Origin: the human T2T-CHM13v2.0 reference genome, Homo sapiens
Direction: 5' to 3' (one strand)
DNA length: 64,000 nt
NCBI RefSeq assembly: GCF_009914755.1
Contig: NC_060925.1
Position 1 is the first letter of the stretch, and each line of letters opens with the position of its first letter. Below, piece after piece: positions 53,294 through 64,000 of this stretch. The notes beneath the pieces were generated by a model. That model made no database searches. It saw nothing but the letters and a program-made list of their open reading frames with translations, and had not been told where the DNA came from. The position numbers and the translations under genes were made by a program.

Positions 53294-53433
53294 ACTTGAG
53301 GACTTTAGAAACTTTGGAAAGGAACAGTCGAGTTCTAAAGGAATATCATCCCAGCACTGATTCAGTGGAGTGGGGAGAAGACACACTCTTCTCTTGTGTG
53401 GATGTCAAATAGAGGACACAGAAAAGCAATTAG

Positions 53434-53859
<426 letters not shown>

Positions 53860-54892
53860 AGCAAGAGTTGAAGGGTAACAGGAGAGGCAAGGCTGAAACT
53901 GCGTTCACCACAGTATCGCCAGTTTCTAGTCTAGGCCTGGAACCTCAGAAGCCCAGCGCCTGAATCATCAATATATCTTTGTTGAGTGAAAGAGAATTTT
54001 AGTGTGAAATTGTTCTGGGCTCTTCAGACATTTGTTTCAAGGTGTCTGAGGAAGATCTGTGATTAGGTTCAGCAGACCTCTCAGCAGTAATGCAGACACT
54101 ATGAGGGGAAAGGCTGATTCAAAAATCAACGCACTGGAGCTGGAGGCACGGGCAGCATAGATAGAATGGGTTCTGATAAGTGGTCAAGACCCAGTGTCCA
54201 GGGAATGTGGCCATTTCCAGTCAGGGGCCTTGCTGAGCAAGGGAATTCTAGCATTTAATTTAGTGCCCATTGTGAGTCAGCCGTGGGACTAGGTGTTTTC
54301 CTTCCTTGAGCTCATTCGAGCAAAGTGCCCCAATATGTGAGCTGAGAACAGGAAAAGGAAAACAAGGGAATGGCTCAGAGCCCAGGTTAGCAGACAGGGC
54401 CAGGGCCATCTCTCCATAGGGGACAGGTTCAACCTATTGGGTTGGTCCTATGGCAGGGTCCAGGCCCCAAGGAGGAGAACTGCCTTAAACAAAGCAGGGC
54501 CATAGGGGTCAAGACAGATGCCAGAAACAGAATGAAGGCTAGCTGAAGGCACAGAGCGTAGTCAGAGGCAAGGGGCAGAACTAAGCTTACGGAAGGAGAA
54601 ATAACCCCGAAGTGCAGTGCATAGGGATAAGGCACTGCAATCAGGGAGGGAAGAGGCAGAGCTAAAGTCGGGAAATTCCTAAGAGAAATACTCATGATCA
54701 GAGTTACTACAGTTACAAAGCTAAGTAGGTGAGAAGGATTTCTTGACATCAATGAAAGTGATGGTGAAGAGTCATAGAGTCATGTGCCGTGCCCAGGCTG
54801 AGTTCCTGACCCACAGAATCTGTGAGCATAATAATACTTCATCATTTTATGCCACAAAGACTTGAGGTAATTTGTTTCCTCAAATTACAGTT

Positions 54893-55007
54893 ACTTCACC
54901 ATTACACATATATCCAAAACAAAACCGTGCATGTACCCTCTAAATCTATAAAAATAAAAAAGTGAAGTCCTCAAGTTAGACTTATTGTTTATTATTCATT
55001 CATTCAT
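54893..55007 (-). repeat. Inverted copy of 52687-52796
   Basis: Reverse complement aligns at about 90% across the (TGAA)n run, unique flank and L1PB tail junction. Confidence 0.9.
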
Positions 55008-55359
55008 GAATTACACAGTTGCCACAGATTTAATTCCTAGAACACCTATTTTCATAAATTTTCATTTCATTTTCAAGACAAGGTCCTAGTCCAACCTCTT
55101 TTTTTTTAATACAGTAGAACTTGGGAAACCCATTTTAAGTGGAATTACATTAAGTGACCTTTTTCTAGTATCAAATTTCCTGCAATACTTTGCAGGGAAC
55201 ACTGTCTCAAACCCCTTGGCTCTGTCTCAAACCCCTCTCTACCATGGCAGGTAGAGAGATCAGTGGGCCCAGCTACTGGGAACCCAGGGAAGCCAGGGGA
55301 AAATAGATGGGTTTGAGTTAACTGCAAAAGGCCTAGAACTCAGTGTTGCATGGTCCTGT

Positions 55360-55550
55360 GACGGTGTTGTGGAAAGAGGGCCACATTTGGTGCTAGAAGG
55401 TCCCACTCGATAATTATGTGGTATTGGGCAAGTTACTCTACTTTTCTGAGCCTCAGTTTCCTCAGTTGTATCATGGGGCTACTAATCTTCCCTTCCTGGG
55501 CTGTTTTACTGCTCACAGGTGATAATCTATGTAAAGTAGTCACCAGTGTT
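55360..55550 (+). mobile_element. MIR SINE
   Basis: TTGGGCAAGTTACTCTACTTTTCTGAGCCTCAGTTTCCTCAG. Confidence 0.75.
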
Positions 55551-56384
55551 AGTTTCCAACTGAGGATCCCACTCCTACTATGAAATCCACTTTTATTAAT
55601 GTGAGAAGGATTATTTTTTAAATCATAAACAAAATGAGATAAAAATAATGTTCAGGTTTCACAGTTTCACTTCTTTTTTTCTTTTTCAGATCCTTTACCT
55701 TATTATTTTACTCCTCCCCATGTGCAGATCCTATTTTGATATCCCTATGCATGGGATAATAAATAGGATTCTTTCTGAGCACCAACTCCATTGAACTGCT
55801 TGGAACCCTTGAGAAGAATTCTGACACTGAAACCAGACTCATCACAAAATGGTGCCCTGATCAACTGGTGAGGTCTGCTTAGGAGAGGTGGGTAGCATCA
55901 CTATTGCCCACTTTTTATCAACTCTGTTATATCTTTCTCCCAAACACACGTATTCTCACTTCCGACTCCCCAGAGGAGTCGGATTTTTAGAAGCACAGAG
56001 CCTAAGTGTAATCTAGGGCTCGTATGTCCCTAATGACTTTTTAGCTCTCTCCATGTTAAATATAGTGCTGGGTTGCTGAAGTTCAGACAGGTTAAATTAT
56101 TTGACCTAGATCACACAGCTAGTAAATATGAAAGCCAAAATGGAAAGCTGATCTCTCCAATTTTGAAGCTAGAGCTCTGTCTTTAGTAGGCTGTCTCCCC
56201 TTCAGTGGCAACAATCTCTCAAAGTAGGCCTGGATCCAAGTGTAACCTAGGGCTTGTTCTGGGAATAGGGATAGTTCCTTTTCCTAGAAACGCCACATGT
56301 GGAAACTACTGACCATAGGCCACTAATTCATACTGGGAGAAGCTCGAGTATAGAACATCATCAGCCAGCAGGTGTAGAGAATAG

Positions 56385-56612
56385 CAGTGAAGGAGCAGTG
56401 CTTTGTAGATAGACCAGGTCAGGATCTGCTCACCAGCTGGATAATCTGGAGCAAGTTACTCAACCTTCCTCTTACTCAATTTCCCTGTAAATTAGGACTA
56501 AAAAGAACATTATCAACTTCACACAGTCATATGGGGATCAGGTGGAGAGAACGTTTGTGAAGAGCTCAGTACAGGCTGCAGCACACAAGTCCTCAATATG
56601 TATCAGTCATAA
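56385..56612 (+). mobile_element. MIR SINE
   Basis: GCAAGTTACTCAACCT...CTCAATTTCCCTGTAAA. Confidence 0.6.
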
Positions 56613-58734
56613 ATCATCCTAAGGAGAGTGTAAGGGGTCTGCTCCTCACTGCACATGGGGGCAGTGTGTGCTAGAATATATAACCTGAATAAAAACACAT
56701 TTGGAAGAAGTACAGCCAAAGTAATAAAACAATAACATGATAAATGTGTGTATGCTTATTTTTTTTTTCACTTGACCAGGGAAATTCAGGCAATTAATGT
56801 TTGAAAGGGAATGTGAAGCAAATGTAATGGAGTCAAGCGTTCCCTCATAATGTCATGTGATCCTGCAGCCCCCAGAGCCATTTTGGTTGTGTAAAGAAGA
56901 CCGTGCCCAAAGTACCTCCTTAAAGCTTTCCTAACAATAGCTCTACCAGCCACGAAAAACCGTTTCCTTCTCCCTTCCTGGAAAGTCACTCCAGTTGTCT
57001 CTGAACAGAAACTCTCAAATAAACAACACGGGAGTATAATTAACAATGTTCCTTTCTCAGTTTCCTACTTGGTTGTCCACCTTTGTGGTATTCTACCATG
57101 ATGAGAATTCACTGGGTGGAAATACCACCCCCCACACCAGGGCTGTGTTTATTTCATTTTCTCCTTCCTCAGAGACAGCCAGCAGAAACTTTCTAGAAAG
57201 TAGAATTACTTTGAAAGCCATCATGCTTCCCTCCAGCACTTTGATGGCCCTAATGTCCTTTTAATGTGGGTTTTTTTTGTGTGAGTGCCTCTGTCCATGA
57301 AACTAGAGGAGAAATATTTCTATTTGAAGAGAGTTAGAATCAATTGGCCCAGAAGTCTGAATCTTAGAAGAACTAAGAGACAGTGATATGGACTCTCCAG
57401 CAAAGCAGTGACTTAGTGATTCAAGGGACATTTTCTCTTCTCACTGGCATGTCAGTTGTCATGGGCTTTCTGCATTATGACATCTTGTTTTCCTTAGTAA
57501 AATAAGTCTTTTCATTTGGAATCTCATCTTCCCATTAATTGGTGACAGTGCTATCAGAGCCTCTTTCACAACCATATAATCTGGGCCATATCCTTATTTC
57601 AGTATCAATTCTTGGTGCATTATCCAAGCCACCCAGGAAAGTCAGAATCTGCACCAAGTCTGTCCCCAGGGTACTTGTGAAAATACATTTAGCCTGTACT
57701 ACTTCCTCTTAGCTATCTGTCTTTGATATGGGGTCTCTCTTCTAGCAGGCTTTATGTAAGGCAAAGTCTTTCTGGAGGCATTCTTTGCAATAAAAAAAAG
57801 TGTATTATCAGTGAGTATCAATTATAATGAGGCATTTTTAGTGGGGCTTGATAATGTTGGAACCAGGGAACAGTGGCCTCTGAGCTGAGATCCTGGCAGC
57901 TGCATTTTATTAACCCAAGTCAGAGTGTTAAGCTGATTTTCAGGCTTGATTGACAGAACCCTTTCAGCACAAACCCTGGAAAACTATTAGGAGGAAAGAA
58001 TCCCATTGAGGCATTCTGCCTGTAATAGTTTTAATGCAGAAACGCATTTGATCAGCAGCACGCTGAGCTCATATCATTTCCAGAGTGAGTAGCAATGTGG
58101 TTCCAGTGTCATTTACCACAACCAATTATGGTACTTCCTGACAACATTTAAAACAGATTGGATTAGGAAAAATGTACTCTCAAGATTGTGTTCTGAGAGG
58201 CAAAATCCTGGAATTTTCAGTGGATCTCATTCCCTATCTTTTTCATTATAAGACAAAGCTGAAGAAGAAGAACAAAACACTTTTAAGGGTAAAGGATTGA
58301 AAGCAAGCATAAAAAGCAGGATACAACTGAAGTTCACTGACCCTTCGATTTCTTCAGGACTCTTCCACTGCTGCAAATCTTCTAAATACAAGAGTTGGAC
58401 AGTCTTTATGCACCAGATACACTTCCCCAAATCACAGTATGCATTTCCCAGCCCTCTTCACCATTCTTATCCCCTGCAAAAAGCACTAGTTCTAATGAGT
58501 AAAAATATCTGTGATATAAACATCAGCTATAAAGTCACTCTTGGGTTCAGAAGGTTTTACTCCATTGGCAATATTGACTGATCTCATGGACCAACACAGA
58601 CATGTCTTTTAGATATTTCATATGTTAAGAGGATCAGACAGCTATTGCGATCTTCTGAATTAACCATACACAAATTTCACTGGAATAGTACACTGGAAGT
58701 ACTTGCTTAGGAAATCAAATAGTTTTCTTTTTCT

Positions 58735-59400
58735 GGTTTTTATAATAGCTTTATTGGAGTTATTTGATTATAAAAGTAACAAATGCTTACTGCAAAACAA
58801 AAAAAAAAACAAAAAACATAGGAGAAAACAATGAAAAATAAAAGTATCATCCAGAGATAAGCACTGTTGATATTCTGGCCTCACCCAAATGCATATTTAG
58901 AAACAAAAATATTATCAGACAACATGTCCTTTTTTGCATCCAGCAATATACTGTGAACATTTTTCCATGTCAATAAATATGGATCTATATTACATATTTA
59001 AAGCTGCAGAATGTCATTGTATCATCATTATTTTAACTAATCCTCCTCTGATGAACATTTAGGCTCCCTGCTCCTTTTTGTTCCTCTTTTAAACAATATT
59101 GCAATAACATCCCTGTACATTAGTGATCCTCAAGCTTAAATGTGATTAAGAATTATCTGAGGCTCTTTTAAAATATAGATGCATGAGCCTCACATCTTCA
59201 ATAAGAGAGGCATAAGACCCAGGAAGCTGCATTTTATCAAGCACTACAGGCGATATGGATACTGGTAGTCCTCAAAACACACGTTGAGAAATATCTTTGC
59301 AAACTTGTCTAATGATTTCCTTAAGATAAAGTTCCAGAAGTGACCTAGTGAATGCAGTGCAGCATTTCAACAATCTACCTTGTTTGTAGTTATCTTGGTG
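58735..59400 (-). mobile_element. Old L1 (L1ME-like) 3' region with a nested MER5B-like element at about 59122-59290
   Basis: CAATATACTGTGAACATTTTCCATGTCAATAAATAT; MER5-like CCTCAAGCTTAAATGTG...CTGCATTTTATCAAGCAC...TTGAGAAA. Confidence 0.6.
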
Positions 59401-60184
59401 ATTAAAAAAAGTTTAGATCATTAAGATAGGCATGTACTGTAAGGTAGGAAATATGTTTGAGGCACAAATGAATAGGTTGAGTCTGTTCAAGAGCCCTCAG
59501 AATCAGCCCTTCAGATGTCTGTGGGATGCAGACATCCTCCTGCCTTGGCTCTTCCAGCAGAGCCTGGCAATAAGAACTGAGCAGGGATGGGGCGAAGACA
59601 CAAGGTGAGAGTGAGTTCAACATGCTGGCTGGAGATGTTGGTTCCTGAGAGGAGAGGGTGCCTGCCCTTGCCATTTGCACTGGAAATTGCTACCAATAAG
59701 GGGTCACCAAATAAGACAGCTCCATCCCCAAGCTCACTTGTATAAAATTTGCACTTGAGTAACATTCCATTCCCATTTTAGGTTTCTCAGGAATTTGAAA
59801 GATGGCAGTAAAAGAACACAGGTATTTCTCCATTTCTAGGATATGAGCACATTTAAATGAGCATACACATACTCACCCACATGGACAAGGGAGACATATT
59901 CCCCAGCTTATAGTCTCCAAACTCCAGAAGGAGGACTTCCAATTACAAGCTTCACATAAAAGAATAATTTTGCCCATGGCCACAAAATACGAAAATTGAA
60001 CAGGCAAGACTCCAATTTAAATCATGTTAGGAAAAAAAATTTGTCCTCTATTTTTTCTGGTAAATGTTACGGAAGTAGGATATGCATGCAGGAATGTGTT
60101 CAAATCCTAAATTTACAAACTCAACAAAATTTCACAAAGTTAACACAGTGGTGTAACCAGCATTTAGATCAGGAAATAGAGCAA

Positions 60185-60581
<397 letters not shown>

Positions 60582-60821
60582 TTATAACCGTTTTCATTGT
60601 CCTGACTTATTTTTAAGCTTTATAGAATCATAATATAAGAACTCTTTTCTTTCAAAAATTTTTTGACTAGATTTCACAGATCATTAGCTTAACTCTTTGT
60701 ATCAGGTGCAGACATTTCTCAATATTGAAGCAGAACTATTCCCCAAAAAGAAATTTTAAAGTATATACTTCAAATAAGTCAGTGTCCATTTGTGCCATTA
60801 AAATTGGATGGCTTTGTCAGA

Positions 60822-60943
60822 CCAGCTACTTGGGAGGCTGAGGCCTGGGAGGTTGAGACCACAGTGAGCTGTTATCACACCACTGCAGTCTAGCCTGGGA
60901 GACAGAGCAAAACCATATCTCAAAAAAAAATAAAATAAAAAAA
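60822..60943 (+). mobile_element. Alu right-arm fragment (AluJ/FRAM-like)
   Basis: CCAGCTACTTGGGAGGCTGAGG...CACTGCAGTCTAGCCTGGG...poly(A). Confidence 0.88.
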
Positions 60944-61057
60944 GGATGCCTTCATATAAGTTGAGCCCTGAGTCTCTGGGGCCCTTGTGCCTGTCCATAG
61001 TAAGGTAATGAGGATCCTAAAAGGCTACTCCCCAGTGTACATGATAGACAACTTGAA

Positions 61058-61298
61058 AGGCAGTATAATGCAATGGAAAAAAAGATTAGCTTTGCAACCG
61101 TAAAGAACCGAGTTCAAATAAAATTGTCTCCACTTAACCAGCCGTACTATCTTCATGAAGTCACATAATCTCTCTGGGGCTCAGCTACTTCTACACCTGT
61201 GAAATGGGAGAAATATCTCACTCGAATGTTGTGAAAATTAAACAAGATTCCAAATATAAACTACTTGGCATACAATAGATACCTCATAAATGTTCATT
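61058..61298 (+). mobile_element. MIR SINE
   Basis: AAGTCACATAATCTCTCTGGGGCTCAG...CTGTGAAATGGG...GTTGTGAAAATTAAA. Confidence 0.7.
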
Positions 61299-63505
61299 CT
61301 CTTTCTCCCTTCAGAGACTAAACCCTGATTCTTCATCAGTTTCAGCTCATTGTGTACATGCATTCTAAATAGATATGTTTTCAATGGCAACTATTTGAAC
61401 CCACTGACTAGCAAGTTTAAAATCATTTGGAAACCAGGTTTGTGATCCAAGGGAATTTAAAGTTGCTGACACAGAGGATTTTTCAGAACTGAGAAATGTC
61501 ACCGTTCATCTTTTGGAAACTGGTATGGCTTCATGTCCTTCACATTTTCCACCATGCTGGCCTGGTTGTTTATTTATTAATGATTTCCATCATGAAACCA
61601 TTGTTATCTCAGCTTCCTGTTATGGCCTAAAAGCACACAAAATCATCATTTTCTAACGAGCACAAAGCATCCAAATGCCTGTGCTTCCCGCGACATTTTT
61701 GTTTTATTAATAGCCATTATGCCAATCCGTTGATAATGGCCTTTTCAGTGAGACACACACACTGTCGCGTAACGATCGTGTGATTTCTGCATTTTTACCA
61801 GTATAAATATTAAAATCTCTGACAGATTGCTAATGAGCTGATGTTGGAATTACAGAGTAGTCTGTTATCATTTGTCCATTCACAGTTTCCTCACCAGCCC
61901 ATCTGTGCTCGGAATACAGCCACCGCGGAGCATGCAGGCTGGGACAGTTTCTCCATTTACACCTTTTGCCTTCAGAAGCCTCTGGGAAAGCCTGTCCCTA
62001 ATTAAAGATTTTAGCAAACATATTGCCAGCTTTCTAACACTGTTATTAAACTGCTCTCTTTTGTTAGAAAAGGTGCTGTTTGTCAGCAGTTTGTAGATTT
62101 AGATATTTAGTGTGTGTTTCTGTAACCCAGCAAAATATTTATGCTTTTAAAATAATTCAATTAATATGTTATGCATGTATCTACCTGTGTGCACAATAAA
62201 TACACATGGCACACACGCCATCAAAATCCTGTTTAATTATTCAGACTCACAAGGACAGACAAAGAAACATGGTGTTTCTGCAGACACATGGACTTCTCTA
62301 CAGAATAAGGTGGATTTGAACATTTTAAGGTTGGGACTATTAAAATAAAATGATCAGATTGAGATCATGGCTCAGGTAATTTGGGGCAAGGGCAAAGTAA
62401 CTTTCATCTGAAATATTTGTAAAATTAAGGTACACTGAAAAGGATCTGATATTTCTAGCAGAATATGCCTAGTTGAGAAAACAGTGTTCCCTCACGTTAA
62501 AGGCTTAACTGTTGGAGCCATGGTTCTCAGTCAGTATGGGTGTGATTGAGGCTAGGTGGGGAAGGGCACATGAGGTCAGTGGGGGCGCTTCTGCATGCTC
62601 TCTCCCACCCCCACCGTCAAATCTGCCTAGTTGCAAATCAGTGCAGCAGAGCAACAGGGGAAGAGGACAGCTGCCAGATCGGAGAGCCTGCTGCCCCAGG
62701 AAAAGGCTCTCAGATCATTAGTCTTGGAAGTGAATTCATCTCACTCTTCCCAGGGTGAGCATACAGAGGGGTGACCCCTCTGGTAGTAAGCCATGTAAGG
62801 TTTTACAGACTAAAGCGACCCCCTAGAAAATCCTGAAGAGCCCGAGGTCTTCACTAAGGAGGCAGGAATAGTAACTCCCAGGGGCTCATCACCTTGGAGC
62901 CCAGAAGGTGGCTCTGCATGCTGCTTCAGAGTCATTCCCACCAGTGACACTATAACACTGAGGGACTGTGAGATGCATCTTCCAGTGTGGAAGCTTTGTG
63001 GCCACTTATTGCTTTGAAATTTTAATGTAAGTTTTGATATTTTGATTTAATCCTTGAATTAAATACAAACAAGTCTGAGGGCAATGACACAAATCATACA
63101 GCAAAATACATGTTCTGAAAGAATTTGCACACTAGAGAACTACTACACATCCATAAAAACCATGCGCTCTATCTAACTCCACAGGGTAGCCAACGTTAAG
63201 AGCCAGATGACTGGCCCAGGTGCAGGGGAGTGCAGAGGCCGGAGACATCCCTTCTAGTGAGGATAAGTTAAGAAGTTCTCCCAGAGGGGTAGAACCAGCA
63301 CTGAACACTGAAGAATGTGGTTGAGTGACAGGGTAGGAGTGGGGGAAGAGGACATTGTGAGCTGGGAAGATGCTGGGAAAGGAAAAGGGATATTTGGGGC
63401 ACCTTAAATAGGCTGCTTAGGCTAGAGCAGAGGTTTGTGATGGGACCTTGAGAAAACAAAGGTTTCTGGGGCTGCTCTGTCAAGGCTCAGGATCTGTACT
63501 TAATC

Positions 63506-63532
63506 TTGTTCTTGTTGTTGTTGTTGTTGTTG
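63506..63532 (+). repeat. (GTT)n microsatellite
   Basis: TTGTTCTTGTTGTTGTTGTTGTTGTTG. Confidence 0.85.
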
Positions 63533-63564
63533 GTGATTTGTTTTATTTGTTTCCCCTCCCCCCC

Positions 63565-64000
63565 TTTTAAATAAACTTTATTTTGTAAAGCAGTTTTAAG
63601 GTCACAGCAAAATTGAGGTAGAAAGTATAGAGAGTTCCCATATGCTCCCTGACCTCACATACACACAGCCAGCCTCCCCCATTCTCAACATCCCACACCT
63701 GGGTGGTACATTGGTTACAACTGATGAACTTCCACGGACACATCATTATCATCCAAAGTCCATAGTTTGCATTAGGGTTCACTCTTGATGTTGTACATTC
63801 TACGGATTTGGACAAATGTACAATGATATGCATCCACCATTATAATATCATACAGAATAGTTTCACAGCCCTGAAGACCCTCCATGCTTCCCCTATTCAT
63901 TCCTACCTCTCTCCAACTCCTGGCAACCACTGAGACCTCTATACTGTATCCATAGTTTTGCCTTTTTCAGAATGTCATATAGCTGGAATTATGCAATATG
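63565..64000 (-). mobile_element. L1MC1/L1MB8-like 3' end, running off the window
   Basis: AGCAGTTTTAAGGTCACAGCAAAATTGAG...CCAAAGTCCATAGTTTGCATTAGGGTTCACTCTTG. Confidence 0.88.

Noticed and set aside
55202-55236. 15-bp tandem duplication CTGTCTCAAACCCCT
   Set aside because: Ordinary slippage duplication with two units; no array or spacer structure
62574-62590. Possible CTCF site GGTCAGTGGGGGCGCT (also CCCTCAGGGGCCGC near 24287)
   Set aside because: Only part of the CCASYAGRKGGCRS core matches

Overview
Primate, almost certainly human-type, non-coding genomic DNA. It is AT-rich, CpG-depleted and dense in interspersed repeats. These include about 17 Alus (many with intact target-site duplications, TSDs), L1 fragments, L2/MIR relics, MaLR LTRs (THE1/MST/MLT1), a MER41 solo LTR, an ERV-L pol/dUTPase fossil, and hAT DNA-transposon fossils (a Zaphod-like transposase, Charlie, MER5, MER20, MER81). 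I find no supportable cellular protein-coding gene, RNA gene, CpG island or CRISPR array. Every ORF with a recognisable product derives from a repeat. Several multi-kb repeat-poor stretches with homeobox/SOX-type motifs look like candidate enhancers, suggesting a gene desert or large intron, but I cannot identify the locus. I cannot support a previously undescribed biological system here. The most interesting items are local: two apparent templated insertions copied from 2-3 kb away, an unidentified ~41-bp poly(A) retro-insertion with a 15-bp TSD, and a MER41 LTR with altered STAT motifs. Repeat subfamily names come from recalled consensus sequences and are tentative. Boundaries of old repeats are approximate.
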